Shown here piece by piece: positions 29,372-38,507 of a DNA stretch of 64,000 bases (position 1 is its first letter; every line of letters begins with the position of its first letter). The position numbers and the translations under genes were made by a program. The DNA lies in assembly GCA_020199905.1 (NCBI GenBank), contig JAIVJS010000075.1, positions 4,521 through 68,520 of the forward strand, in the 5' to 3' direction. The notes below the pieces were generated by a model. It saw only the letters and a program-made list of their open reading frames with translations. It was not told the origin of the DNA and did no database searches. The stretch is from Acidobacteriota bacterium. GTDB taxonomy: Bacteria; Acidobacteriota; Thermoanaerobaculia; UBA5066; Gp7-AA6.

Positions 29372-30591
29372 AAGGAGCGTTGAAGTGGCTCCTCGGCATC
29401 GTCACGAGCATCTGCGGCTTCATCGAGGTCGGCTCGATCTCGACGTCGGCGCAGGCGGGATCCGAGTTCGGCTTCCGGCTTCTCTGGGCGGTCGCGATCG
29501 CGACCGTCTGCCTCGTCTTCCTGGTCGAAATGTCCGGAAGGCTGGCGCTCGTCAGCGGCCACACGCTCGTGTCGGCGGTCCGCGAGCGCTTTGGGTTCCG
29601 GTTCCACGCGGTGCCGCTCTCGGCGGAGATCCTCCTCGACGTTCTCGTTCTCTCTGCGGAGATCGGCGGCGCGTGCGTGGCGCTCCAGCTCCTGACGGGT
29701 GTCTCCTTCCGGTGGTTTGCCCTGCCGGTCGGCCTCGCCGTCTGGGCGCTGCTCTGGTACGGCACGTTTTCGGTCATCGAGAACGGGGTCTCCGCGCTCG
29801 GGCTCGTGACGCTCGCGTTCGTGGTCGCGGCGTGGAAGGGGCATCCGGATCCGGCGGCGCTCCTGGCCGGCCTCGTGCCCTCCGCGCCGCCGGACTCCGG
29901 AAGCCTCCCCCGTTACGGGTTTCTCGCCGTCGGCATCCTCGGCGCCACGATCAGCCCGTACCTGCTCAATTTCTACTCGTCGGGAGCCGTCGAGGAGAAG
30001 TGGAGCGAGAAGGACGTGATGCCGAATCGGCTCGTCGCGGCGTTCGGTATGTCTTTCGGCAGCGTGGTGTCCGCGGGCGTCCTCGTGGTGGCCGCCCTCG
30101 TCCTCGCCCCGCGGGGCATCCACGTCGACCGGTTCGAGCAGGCGGCGCTGATGCTCCTTCCGGCGTTCCGATCGTGGGGCGTTCCTCTCTTCGCCGCGTG
30201 CCTCTTCATCGGCTGCTTCGGCGCGGCGCTCGAGATCGCGTTGAACCTCGCCTACGCGATGGCGCAGGCGTTCGGATGGAACTGGGGCGAGGACCAGCGC
30301 CCCGCGGAAGACGCGCGGTTCTGCGTCGTCTACACCGCTGCGGTTCTCGCCGGCTCCGTCATCATGACGGCGGGCCTTTCTCCCTTGAAGCTCACGCTCT
30401 TTTCGATGGCGCTGACGGTCGTCGTGCTCCCGCTGATCGTCATGCCGTTTCTCGTGCTCTTGAACGACCCGCATTACGTAAAGACTCATCGCAACGGCTG
30501 GATCGGCAATTTCGTCGTGACGTTCGTCCTCCTCCTCGGCTGCCTTCTGGCGGTCGTCGTGATTCCGCTGGAGGTGATCGGTGGCGGATGA
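29368..30591 (+). CDS. Nramp-family (SLC11-like) metal transporter with non-canonical site
   Basis: GFIEVGS..AQAG..FGFRLLW, EMSGRLA, VRERFG, GATISPY. Confidence 0.88.
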   Translation: MKGALKWLLGIVTSICGFIEVGSISTSAQAGSEFGFRLLWAVAIATVCLVFLVEMSGRLALVSGHTLVSAVRERFGFRFHAVPLSAEILLDVLVLSAEIGGACVALQLLTGVSFRWFALPVGLAVWALLWYGTFSVIENGVSALGLVTLAFVVAAWKGHPDPAALLAGLVPSAPPDSGSLPRYGFLAVGILGATISPYLLNFYSSGAVEEKWSEKDVMPNRLVAAFGMSFGSVVSAGVLVVAALVLAPRGIHVDRFEQAALMLLPAFRSWGVPLFAACLFIGCFGAALEIALNLAYAMAQAFGWNWGEDQRPAEDARFCVVYTAAVLAGSVIMTAGLSPLKLTLFSMALTVVVLPLIVMPFLVLLNDPHYVKTHRNGWIGNFVVTFVLLLGCLLAVVVIPLEVIGGG

Positions 30592-30955
30592 GGTGCATCT
30601 CGTCCGCGACATTCTCGACAAGCAGCTCGTCGACCGCGATCGCCGGCTCATGGGCAAAGCGGACGGCATCGTCCTGCGGATGCGCGGCAGTGGTCCTCCG
30701 GAGGTGGTCGCCATCGAAGCCGGGCCGGGCGTCCTGGCGGACCGTCTGCATCCGGGGCTCGGGCGGCGGCTCTGCGCGGCGCTCGAACGTCTCGGGAAAG
30801 ACATCGGGCAGCCTCTGCGAATCCCCTTCGCGAAGATCCTTCATCGGGGCCTGGATCTCCAGATCGACACGGACGCGCGGCGGACGAGCGCTTACGCCGC
30901 GGAACGGTGGCTCAAAGAGCGCCTGGTCCGCCGGTTCCCCGGCTCGGGAGAATGA
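30581..30955 (+). CDS. PRC-barrel-like hypothetical protein
   Basis: DILDKQLVDRDRRLMGKADGIVL. Confidence 0.7.
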   Translation: MADEVHLVRDILDKQLVDRDRRLMGKADGIVLRMRGSGPPEVVAIEAGPGVLADRLHPGLGRRLCAALERLGKDIGQPLRIPFAKILHRGLDLQIDTDARRTSAYAAERWLKERLVRRFPGSGE

Positions 30956-30959
30956 GACG

Positions 30960-31277
30960 ATGACCGCCGCCCGCGAAATCCGCCTGGAGCGGCTCGTCGG
31001 CCGCGAAGTGAGAGACCAGACGGGACGGGCGGTCGGGCGGCTCGAGGAAGTGCGGGCGCGCAAGAAGGGGAACGAATGGGTGGTGACCGACTGCCACATC
31101 GGCACGGCGGCGCTCGTGGAACGGCTGGCCGCGCACATCCTGAGATTCGGGACCCACGGATACCGCGCCTCGTGGGACCAGATCGACTGGTCGGACCCGG
31201 AAAAGCTGCGCCTGGCCTGTCCCCTCGAGGACCTGCGGCGGCTGACGAGCCGGGCCGCGCGCTCGCGCCGGAAATGA
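30960..31277 (+). CDS. PRC-barrel-like hypothetical protein
   Basis: LERLVGREVRDQTGRAVGRLEEV...WDQIDW. Confidence 0.7.
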   Translation: MTAAREIRLERLVGREVRDQTGRAVGRLEEVRARKKGNEWVVTDCHIGTAALVERLAAHILRFGTHGYRASWDQIDWSDPEKLRLACPLEDLRRLTSRAARSRRK

Positions 31278-32281
31278 CGCGCCGGAGCTTCTTCCATCGG
31301 CGAAGCCTCATGGTGGGCGCCGTTCTGACGGGTGTCTGCGTCGTCTCCCTCGCGGCAGCGCCGTCCGGCGCGCCGGCCGGTTTCTTTCGCGTGTACGTGA
31401 CGAACGAGCGCTCCGGCGACGTGACCGTGATCGACCCGCGAACGCGCGCGGCGATCCGCAACATCGCAGTCGGGGGCCGCCCGCGCGGGATCGCCGCCTC
31501 ACCCGACGGACGGCGCCTCTACGTGGCGATCGCCGCCAGGAATGGGGCTCCCGCCGGCATCGCGGTCATCGATGCCGCTTCCGGCCGGGTCTCGGGGAGG
31601 CTTCCATCGGGCCCCGATCCCGAGAACGTCGCCGTCACTCCGGACGGGCGGACACTGTGGATCTCCAACGAGGACGCGTCACACGCGTCGGCGGTGGATG
31701 TCAGGATCCGCCGCATTCTCGCGACCGTTCCGACGGGAGAGGAGCCGGAAGGGGTGGCCGTCTCCGCGGATGGGCGATGGGTCGCCGTCACCTCCGAGAG
31801 CGCGAGCGCCATCACGGTGATCGACGCGCGCTCGCGCCGGGCGATTCGGAAGATCCGGACGGACGCGCGGCCTCGGGCCGTGCGCTTCTCTCCCGACGGG
31901 AAGAGGGTCTACGCAACCGCGGAGATCGGGGGAAGCGTCTCCTGGATCGACACGGCCACCTGGACCGTCGGCGCGCGGCTCGTGCTTCCCGGACCGGTCA
32001 AGGCGGTCGGCGTGGCGGTCCCCCCCGACGGCCGGCGCCTCTACGTGACCACCAGCCACGCCAACGGAGTCGCCGTCGTCGATACCGAGTCCTTCTCCGT
32101 GGCGGCCACCATCCCGGTGGGCGGGCGGCCGTGGGGCATCGCGCTCTCGCCCGACGGCCGCACTCTGTTCACCGCGAACGGGACCTCGGGAGACGTCTCG
32201 GTGGTCGATCTCGCCTCCGGCCGCGCGGTGGCGGCCGTTCCCGCGGGCGACGGGCCCTGGGGCGTCGCGGTCGCGCGTTGA
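31274..32281 (+). CDS. YVTN/YncE beta-propeller protein, probable Tat export
   Basis: TRRSFF twin-arginine-like motif, YVTNERSGDVTVID, repeated VGGRP-G-SPDG. Confidence 0.88.
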   Translation: MTRRSFFHRRSLMVGAVLTGVCVVSLAAAPSGAPAGFFRVYVTNERSGDVTVIDPRTRAAIRNIAVGGRPRGIAASPDGRRLYVAIAARNGAPAGIAVIDAASGRVSGRLPSGPDPENVAVTPDGRTLWISNEDASHASAVDVRIRRILATVPTGEEPEGVAVSADGRWVAVTSESASAITVIDARSRRAIRKIRTDARPRAVRFSPDGKRVYATAEIGGSVSWIDTATWTVGARLVLPGPVKAVGVAVPPDGRRLYVTTSHANGVAVVDTESFSVAATIPVGGRPWGIALSPDGRTLFTANGTSGDVSVVDLASGRAVAAVPAGDGPWGVAVAR

Positions 32282-34527
32282 AAACCGCGGCGCTTCTCGC
32301 CGCGCTTCTCTTCGCGGGTCCGCGCTTCGCGCCCGGGGAGGCGGACGACGTCGCCGTCGCGGGCACCGTCCGCTCCTCGGAGGGGGCGCCGATCGAAGGC
32401 GCGCGCGTCGCTTCGCAGCCGGGCGGGCCGTCCAGCAAGACGACGACGGACGCCTCAGGCAGGTTTCTCCTTCGCGACGCCGGCGGCGCCTCCCTGCGCG
32501 TGGAGGCCGATGGATTCGAGCCCGCCCTCGTGCCGGTGCGCCCGAGCGAAGAGATTTCCGTCTGGCTGCGGCCGATTGGCGTGGCCGCAGCCGTGACCGT
32601 CACCGCTTCCCGCACTCCCCGCGAAGTGCGCGACACGCCCGCGAGCGTCGTTGTGCTGTCGTCCGACGACCTCGCCGTCTCCGCGGCCCCCGCTTCCGAC
32701 GATGCCCTGCGGAGCGTCGCGGGATTCAGCCTCTTTCGCCGGTCGGGCAGCCGCACCTCCAATCCGACCACGCAGGGCGTGTCTCTCCGCGGGACGGGAG
32801 CGAGCGGCGCCTCGCGCGCGGCGGTGCTCGAAGACGGCGTCCCGTTGAACGACCCTTTCGGAGGGTGGGTGTACTGGGGCCGCGTGCCCCTCGCGTCGCT
32901 CGACCGCGCGGAGGTCGTCCGGGGCGGCGCGTCGGAGCTCTATGGAAGTCCGGCGCTCGGAGGGGCGATCCAGCTCGTCCGCCGGGCGCCCGCCGATGCC
33001 CCGGCCCTCAGCGCCGACGTCTTCGCCGGATCGGAGAGGGCGCGGGACGCGGGCCTCTTCGCATCGTACCGGCGGGGCCTTTACGGAGCCGCCCTCGCGG
33101 GCGAGGTGTTTTCGACCGAGGGCTACGTTCCGACGGCGCCGCGGGAGAGAGGACCGGTCGACTCGGGCGCCTCTTCACGCCACGGGACGGCGGACCTGAC
33201 AGTCGAGCGGCGCGAGGCCGGGTCGCGGATCTTTCTTCGCGGGTCTCTCTTTGACGAATCGAGAGTGAACGGAACCGATCTGCAGACCAACGACGTCCGG
33301 CTCTCCGAAGGGACCGCGGGAGCGGAAGGCGTGGCGGGCGCGACCGGCGCCGCGACGTGGACGGTGCGCGCTTACGGCAGCACGCAGCGATTTCACCAGA
33401 CGTTCACCTCGATCGCCGCCGACCGGTCCTCCGAGCGCATCCTGCGGTTCCAGACGGTGCCGGCGGACGCCGTCGGGACGAGCGCCCAGCTGGCGCGCAC
33501 GCTCGGCGATCACCTCCTGGTCGCCGGCGCCGAGGCGCGCCGGGTAAAGGGCGAGAGCCGCGAGGAGGTCCCGGGAACCCCGGCCTCGTTCCTCACGGCG
33601 GGCGGCCGCGAATCGTCCGGCGCCCTGTTCGTCGAGGACGTCTTTCGCGCCGGCTCCGAATGGACGCTCACCGCCGGCGTTCGCTGGGACGCCTGGTCGG
33701 ACGACGACGCGCGGCGCGCCACCTCGGGCGGGACGACGGCCGGGACGGTGACTCGCTTTGGGCGGCGGTCGGAAACCGCGTGGAGCCCCCGGATCTCGGC
33801 TCTGTACCGCGCGAGCGGCGTCTTCTCCGTCGCGGCTTCCAGCTACCGCTCCTTCCGGGCGCCGACCTTGAACGAGCTGTACCGCTCGTTTCGCGTCGGC
33901 AACGTCTCGACCGCGGCCAACGAGGACCTGTCGCCGGAGCGTTCAACCGGCGGCGAGCTCGCGATCGCGGCGGACCTTCCCGGATCGCGCTTCCATGGGC
34001 GCGCCGCGGTTTTCTGGATGGAGATCGATGACGCGATCGGCAATCGCACGCTCACCGTGACTCCGACCGTGATCAACCGGCGCCGGGAGAACCTCGGAAC
34101 GGTCCGGGCCCGCGGAGCCGAGGCCGATGTCCAGGCGCGGTTCTATCCATGGAGCATCCGCGCCGGCTACCTCTATGCGGACTCGAGCGTGCTGTCGGCT
34201 CCCTCGGCCCCGGACCTCGCCGGGCTGCGCATTCCGCAGGTTCCGCGGCACCAGGCCACGCTGCGGGTCGAATACCGGCAGGGCGGCGGGGTCGCCGCGC
34301 TCCAGGCACGCGCCGCGGGCCGCCAATTCGAGGATGACGAGAATCGCCTGCCGTTGCGATCCTTCTGGACGGCCGATCTCTTTTTCTCCCTCGCGTTGTC
34401 CCGGGTGATCGAGCCCTACGTTGCCGTGGAAAACGTATTCGATCGCGACGTCGAGACCGGACGGACGCCCGTGACGACGCTCGGCGCGCCGCGGCAGCTG
34501 CGCATCGGAGTGAGGGTGAGAAGGTAG
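32278..34527 (+). CDS. TonB-dependent receptor
   Basis: N-terminal carboxypeptidase-regulatory-like domain, VTVTASRT, EVVRGGASELYG plug motif, NVFD...PRQLRIGVRVR; TTG start overlaps the upstream stop. Confidence 0.92.
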   Translation: MKTAALLAALLFAGPRFAPGEADDVAVAGTVRSSEGAPIEGARVASQPGGPSSKTTTDASGRFLLRDAGGASLRVEADGFEPALVPVRPSEEISVWLRPIGVAAAVTVTASRTPREVRDTPASVVVLSSDDLAVSAAPASDDALRSVAGFSLFRRSGSRTSNPTTQGVSLRGTGASGASRAAVLEDGVPLNDPFGGWVYWGRVPLASLDRAEVVRGGASELYGSPALGGAIQLVRRAPADAPALSADVFAGSERARDAGLFASYRRGLYGAALAGEVFSTEGYVPTAPRERGPVDSGASSRHGTADLTVERREAGSRIFLRGSLFDESRVNGTDLQTNDVRLSEGTAGAEGVAGATGAATWTVRAYGSTQRFHQTFTSIAADRSSERILRFQTVPADAVGTSAQLARTLGDHLLVAGAEARRVKGESREEVPGTPASFLTAGGRESSGALFVEDVFRAGSEWTLTAGVRWDAWSDDDARRATSGGTTAGTVTRFGRRSETAWSPRISALYRASGVFSVAASSYRSFRAPTLNELYRSFRVGNVSTAANEDLSPERSTGGELAIAADLPGSRFHGRAAVFWMEIDDAIGNRTLTVTPTVINRRRENLGTVRARGAEADVQARFYPWSIRAGYLYADSSVLSAPSAPDLAGLRIPQVPRHQATLRVEYRQGGGVAALQARAAGRQFEDDENRLPLRSFWTADLFFSLALSRVIEPYVAVENVFDRDVETGRTPVTTLGAPRQLRIGVRVRR

Positions 34528-34569
34528 CTGTCGGTTCGAAGCGGAAGGGCAGGCGGAACAGTGACGCCC

Positions 34570-34590
34570 TTCGCCATTCGCCGTTCGCTT
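34570..34590. repeat. Short heptamer array / hairpin arm after TonB gene
   Basis: ttcgcca ttcgccg ttcgctt, partly complementary to gaagcggaagggc upstream. Confidence 0.5.
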
Positions 34591-34646
34591 CCAGCGCCCG
34601 GCGCCTGCACCTCGACACCGCCTGATCGGTGGTTTATCGTCGCCCC

Positions 34647-35294
34647 GTGAGCGCAACCGTGGTGGAAGGCGTCGAACGGGTCTCGAGCGCCCGCTCCTTC
34701 TGGGCTAGACGGATCTTTTCGTTCTGCGGCATCGTTCCCCTCGCCATCTACGTCGTCTGGCACCTCTTCAACAACATCTACGCGATCAACGGCCGCGCTG
34801 CCTTCGACGCGCGGTTGAAGGAGGCGACCGGCTCGCCGCTCTATGCGCCGGCCATCTGGCTGTTCGTCTATCTCCCGTTCGTCATCCACGCGATCGTGGG
34901 GCTCGTGATCACGTTCAAGTCCCGCCCGAACGCGCTGGCTATGCCCCGGTTCCGCAACTGGAAGTACGTGCTTCAGAGAATTTCGGCCATCGGCGTCCTC
35001 CTGTTCGTCCCCGCGCACGTGTACAAGACGAAGATCGAGCCCTGGCGCGCGGGGTTTGACGTCGACTTCGCCCACATGCAGGAGGGGATGCGCGAGCCGA
35101 TCACATTCGCGGTTTATGCGCTCGGGATGCTGGGAGTCGTCTTCCACCTCGCGAACGGGCTCTGGCTCGCCGGAATCACCTGGGGGATCTTCACCGGCCC
35201 GCGGGGACAGCGCCTCGGCGAGTGGCTGTCGGTCGCATTCGGCATCGCCCTCATGGCGCTCGCATTCGCCGCGATTTTCGCCCTCCGGTGGTAG
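34647..35294 (+). CDS. sdhC: Succinate dehydrogenase cytochrome b558 subunit (five-TM, diheme type), orphan
   Basis: GIVPL..WHL, IHA, LQRISA..AHV, FHLANGLW..ITWG; four heme His ligands. Confidence 0.8.
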   Translation: MSATVVEGVERVSSARSFWARRIFSFCGIVPLAIYVVWHLFNNIYAINGRAAFDARLKEATGSPLYAPAIWLFVYLPFVIHAIVGLVITFKSRPNALAMPRFRNWKYVLQRISAIGVLLFVPAHVYKTKIEPWRAGFDVDFAHMQEGMREPITFAVYALGMLGVVFHLANGLWLAGITWGIFTGPRGQRLGEWLSVAFGIALMALAFAAIFALRW

Positions 35295-35326
35295 CTCCGT
35301 GCCGGCTCTGCCGCTTCCGCCGCCCC

Positions 35327-35340
35327 GGCATGGATCCTGC
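35327..35340 (+). promoter_or_regulatory. sigma54-like promoter upstream of the kinase gene
   Basis: cGGCATGGATCCTGCt (GG-N10-GC). Confidence 0.4.
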
Positions 35341-35420
35341 TCCTTTCGGACGCCAGTGATCCCGACTTTCCCTCTCTCCGGAAACGGAACGGCCGCGTCG
35401 CACGAGCGGACGGCCCTCTG

Positions 35421-36926
35421 ATGGGCTGGCTCGCCAACATCGCGGGGAGAAAGAGCGACTCGCACACCGGCGAGCGGAACTCGGGCACGCTCGACCCCTT
35501 CCCCGGTCCGGCAACGGGGGCCGAGAGCGCCATCGGGCGCAAGATCGGCAAGTACGACATCGTCTCCAAGATCGGCGCGGGGGGGTTCGGGACGGTCTAC
35601 GAGGCCTTCGACCCGCTCATCCAGCGCAAGGTCGCCATCAAGACGTGCGAGGTCGGCTCGCCCGAAATCCGGGCGAGGACCTTTCAGGAGGCGCAGCTCG
35701 CCGGCCGCCTCCAGCATCCCAACATCACGACCGTCTACGAGTTCGGCGTCGAAGACGACGTGCCGTACATCGTCCAGGAATTTCTTCCGGGCGAAGACCT
35801 CGACCGGCTGATCGCGCGGGGCGAGCCCCTCCTCCTGTCGGACAAGTTGAAGATCCTGGTCGGGGTCGCGATCGGGCTCGAGTACGCGCACAAAGCCGGG
35901 GTGATTCATCGCGACATCAAGCCGGCCAACATCCGCGTGCTCGACGGGCACGCGATCAAGATCATGGACTTCGGGATCGCGAAGGCGCAGAACCAGGAGA
36001 CCGAGATCACCAAGGCGGGGGTCGCGGTCGGTTCGGCGGGCTACATGTCCCCCGAACAGATCTGCGGCGATCCGGTCGACCACCGGACCGACATCTTTTC
36101 CTTCGGGCTCCTCGCCTACGAGCTCCTGACGCGGCAGAAGGCATTTCGCAACGAAAACCTCTTCAAGCTCCTGGAAACGATCGTCAAGGAAGAGCCGCCG
36201 CCGCTCGAAGAACAGGCTCCCGACACGCCGCAGCCGCTGGTGGACATCGTCCGCCGATGCATGCGAAAGGAGCCGGCGGACCGGTTTCAGACCGCGCGGG
36301 AGCTCCGCGATGCCCTCCTCGAAGTGCACGAGCAGATTCCGTCGACACCCCTCTCCGGGGTGCATCCCCTCATGCCGCCCGACGAAACGACGCGGCTCGC
36401 CGCGCTCGGCCGCTTCGAGATCCTCGATTCGGAGCCCGAGCCCGAGTTCGACGACCTCGCCCATCTTGCCGCGCAGATATGCGGCACGCCCATCGCTCTC
36501 GTCACCTTCGTCGACCGCGACCGGCAGTGGTTCAAGGCCCGCGTCGGCGTCGAGGCGACCGAAACGCCCCGCGACCACGCGCTCTGCGCGCATGCGATCC
36601 TGGGCCGGAACCCCCTCGTCCTGCGCGATCTCTCGGCCGACGAACGGTTCGCCCGCAACCCGATGGTCACCGGACCGATGAAGCTGCGGTTCTATGCCGG
36701 GGCGCCCCTCGTCACGACCGACGGTCACGCAATCGGCACGGTCTGCGTGCTCGACCGGGTTCCCCGCGAGCTCTCGGAGGCTCAGCTGGAAGGGCTGCGC
36801 GCGCTCGCGCGGCAGGCGCTTTCGCTTCTGGAGCTCCGCCGCCGGGTTCGCTTCGACCGCGGCCGTTCCGGAGAGGCGCTCGTCCGGGAGGCTTCCGGAA
36901 TCACGGGATCGGAGCGGCGGACGTGA
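35421..36926 (+). CDS. Hanks-type Ser/Thr kinase with C-terminal GAF domain
   Basis: GAGGFG, VAIK, HRDIKPAN, DFG, YMSPEQ; GAF RQWFKA...LRFYAGAPL...GTVCVLD. Confidence 0.93.
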   Translation: MGWLANIAGRKSDSHTGERNSGTLDPFPGPATGAESAIGRKIGKYDIVSKIGAGGFGTVYEAFDPLIQRKVAIKTCEVGSPEIRARTFQEAQLAGRLQHPNITTVYEFGVEDDVPYIVQEFLPGEDLDRLIARGEPLLLSDKLKILVGVAIGLEYAHKAGVIHRDIKPANIRVLDGHAIKIMDFGIAKAQNQETEITKAGVAVGSAGYMSPEQICGDPVDHRTDIFSFGLLAYELLTRQKAFRNENLFKLLETIVKEEPPPLEEQAPDTPQPLVDIVRRCMRKEPADRFQTARELRDALLEVHEQIPSTPLSGVHPLMPPDETTRLAALGRFEILDSEPEPEFDDLAHLAAQICGTPIALVTFVDRDRQWFKARVGVEATETPRDHALCAHAILGRNPLVLRDLSADERFARNPMVTGPMKLRFYAGAPLVTTDGHAIGTVCVLDRVPRELSEAQLEGLRALARQALSLLELRRRVRFDRGRSGEALVREASGITGSERRT

Positions 36927-37279
36927 GCGGCGAGCCCCGCATCCTGGTGGTGGACGACGACGCCAGCGTCCGGGAAGCGCTCCGCGATCTCCTCTCGGGA
37001 GAAGGGTACGCGGTCGTCACCGCCGACGACGGGCAGGACGCCCTGGATCGCCTCGGCTCGATGGATCCTCCCTGCCTGATCCTCCTCGACCTTCGGATGC
37101 CGCGCATCGACGGATGGGAGTTTCTCGCCCGTCGCGACGGGCCCGGCAAGAAGACGCCCGTCGTCCTGCTGTCGGGAATGGCCTTCATCCGCGACGCTCC
37201 CGGCGTCGCCGACTTCCTGGCCAAGCCGATTCGGCCGGATAAGCTCCTCGACTGCGTCCGGCGATTCTGCAAGCGCTGA
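36923..37279 (+). CDS. Single-domain response regulator
   Basis: ILVVDDD, LLDLRMPRIDG, FLAKP. Confidence 0.9.
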   Translation: MSGEPRILVVDDDASVREALRDLLSGEGYAVVTADDGQDALDRLGSMDPPCLILLDLRMPRIDGWEFLARRDGPGKKTPVVLLSGMAFIRDAPGVADFLAKPIRPDKLLDCVRRFCKR

Positions 37280-37593
37280 GCCCGGGTCTGGGAACCGAAA
37301 CGGCCAGCTTCGCGTCGGCGGATGATCGAGCCGTTCCTCTCTCCAACTTTCGGGCCATGCCTCAGAGTTTCCGTCTTCTCCGCGCGGACGCCGCGCGGAC
37401 CGATCCCCAGAAAGCCGGCGCGGGCGACACGCGCGGACGCTCCAACCGGGAGACTCCGTCCTGCACACGGAGCGGTGGTCGCTCCACCACTCCGTGATCG
37501 CGGAGGAGCCCCGAGTCTCGGGGCCCGACGAGATCGAGGCCGCTGTCGAGCGCGCGGTCCCGGGAATCTTCGAAGCCGACCTGTGAGGAAAGG

Positions 37594-38025
37594 TCAGCGG
37601 TTCAGCCGGCGCGCGAGCCGGCTCACCCAGCCGAGAAATTCCTCCACGCGGATCGGCTTCTGAAGCGCCACTTCGACGTCTTTCGGACCGGTGTGCGTCT
37701 CGTCGTGGACGTAGGCGCTCAGCAGCAGGACCGGAACGTGAGCGAGCCGCGGATTCGCCTTCAACCTCGCGTGGAAGTCCCACCCGTTCATGACCGGCAT
37801 CATGAGATCCAGGATGATGAGGTCTGGCCTCGCGAGAGTTTCGAGCTGCGCCAGCGCGTGAAGTCCGTTGATGGCCTCCATCGCCTGGAAGCCCTCGTCC
37901 TCCAAAATCCGGCAGATCTCGCGCCGCAGGTCATCGTCATCTTCCACGACGAGAATCAGCGGGCGGTCGACAGGGCTGGCCGGCCCGTCCGCCGGAGAGC
38001 GCCGGCCGTCGCGGTTGAAAGACAA
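37594..38025 (-). CDS. Single-domain response regulator
   Basis: ILVVEDDD, ILDLMMPVMNG, LQKP. Confidence 0.9.
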   Translation of the reverse strand: MSFNRDGRRSPADGPASPVDRPLILVVEDDDDLRREICRILEDEGFQAMEAINGLHALAQLETLARPDLIILDLMMPVMNGWDFHARLKANPRLAHVPVLLLSAYVHDETHTGPKDVEVALQKPIRVEEFLGWVSRLARRLNR

Positions 38026-38029
38026 CGGA

Positions 38030-38491
38030 CTAGCTGGCGCGCTGTTGCGGGTCGATTCGGATCTGTCGCCAGCCGCAGAGATTGCAGTAGCGCACGCCGC
38101 TCGGAGAGCTGCGGGCGGTCTTCAACTCGATTCCGCACCCGGCGCAGTCGCGGATCGCGGTCCGGACTCTCCGGTTCTTCGCGGGCGGATTCGGCTGGGC
38201 AATAGCCCGGCGCCGCCCCGGGATCACGTCCGCGTGGACCACGGCGCGCGCGATGGCGAGGGCCCGCGTCTCCGCGCTGGCCGACGAGACTCTTCCCGAC
38301 CGGATGGAGAGCTCGCATTCCCACGTCCCGCCCGCGAGCCGGATTCGCGCCGTCACCGAGCGTCTCTTCAGAAAGCGCACGAGGTAATCCGCCGCCGAAT
38401 CCCGGGTGGAAAACTCCGGAATGTCGTCCGTCCAGGCGTCGAAGAGCGTCTGCACGACCCGTCGGTCGAGAGCGGCTCCGGCTTCTTCCAT
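38030..38491 (-). CDS. Hypothetical protein with C-terminal zinc ribbon; N-terminus resembles phage ABA-sandwich domain
   Basis: GAALDRRV...PEFST..SAA...ALAIARA; CAGC...CNLC. Confidence 0.55.
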   Translation of the reverse strand: MEEAGAALDRRVVQTLFDAWTDDIPEFSTRDSAADYLVRFLKRRSVTARIRLAGGTWECELSIRSGRVSSASAETRALAIARAVVHADVIPGRRRAIAQPNPPAKNRRVRTAIRDCAGCGIELKTARSSPSGVRYCNLCGWRQIRIDPQQRAS

Positions 38492-38507
38492 AAAACAGCG
38501 ATCACAG

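Noticed and set aside
37431-37586. Protein-like fragment RTLQPGDSVLHTERWSL...IFEADL*
   Set aside because: No start codon; probably a gene remnant, and the family cannot be supported by eye
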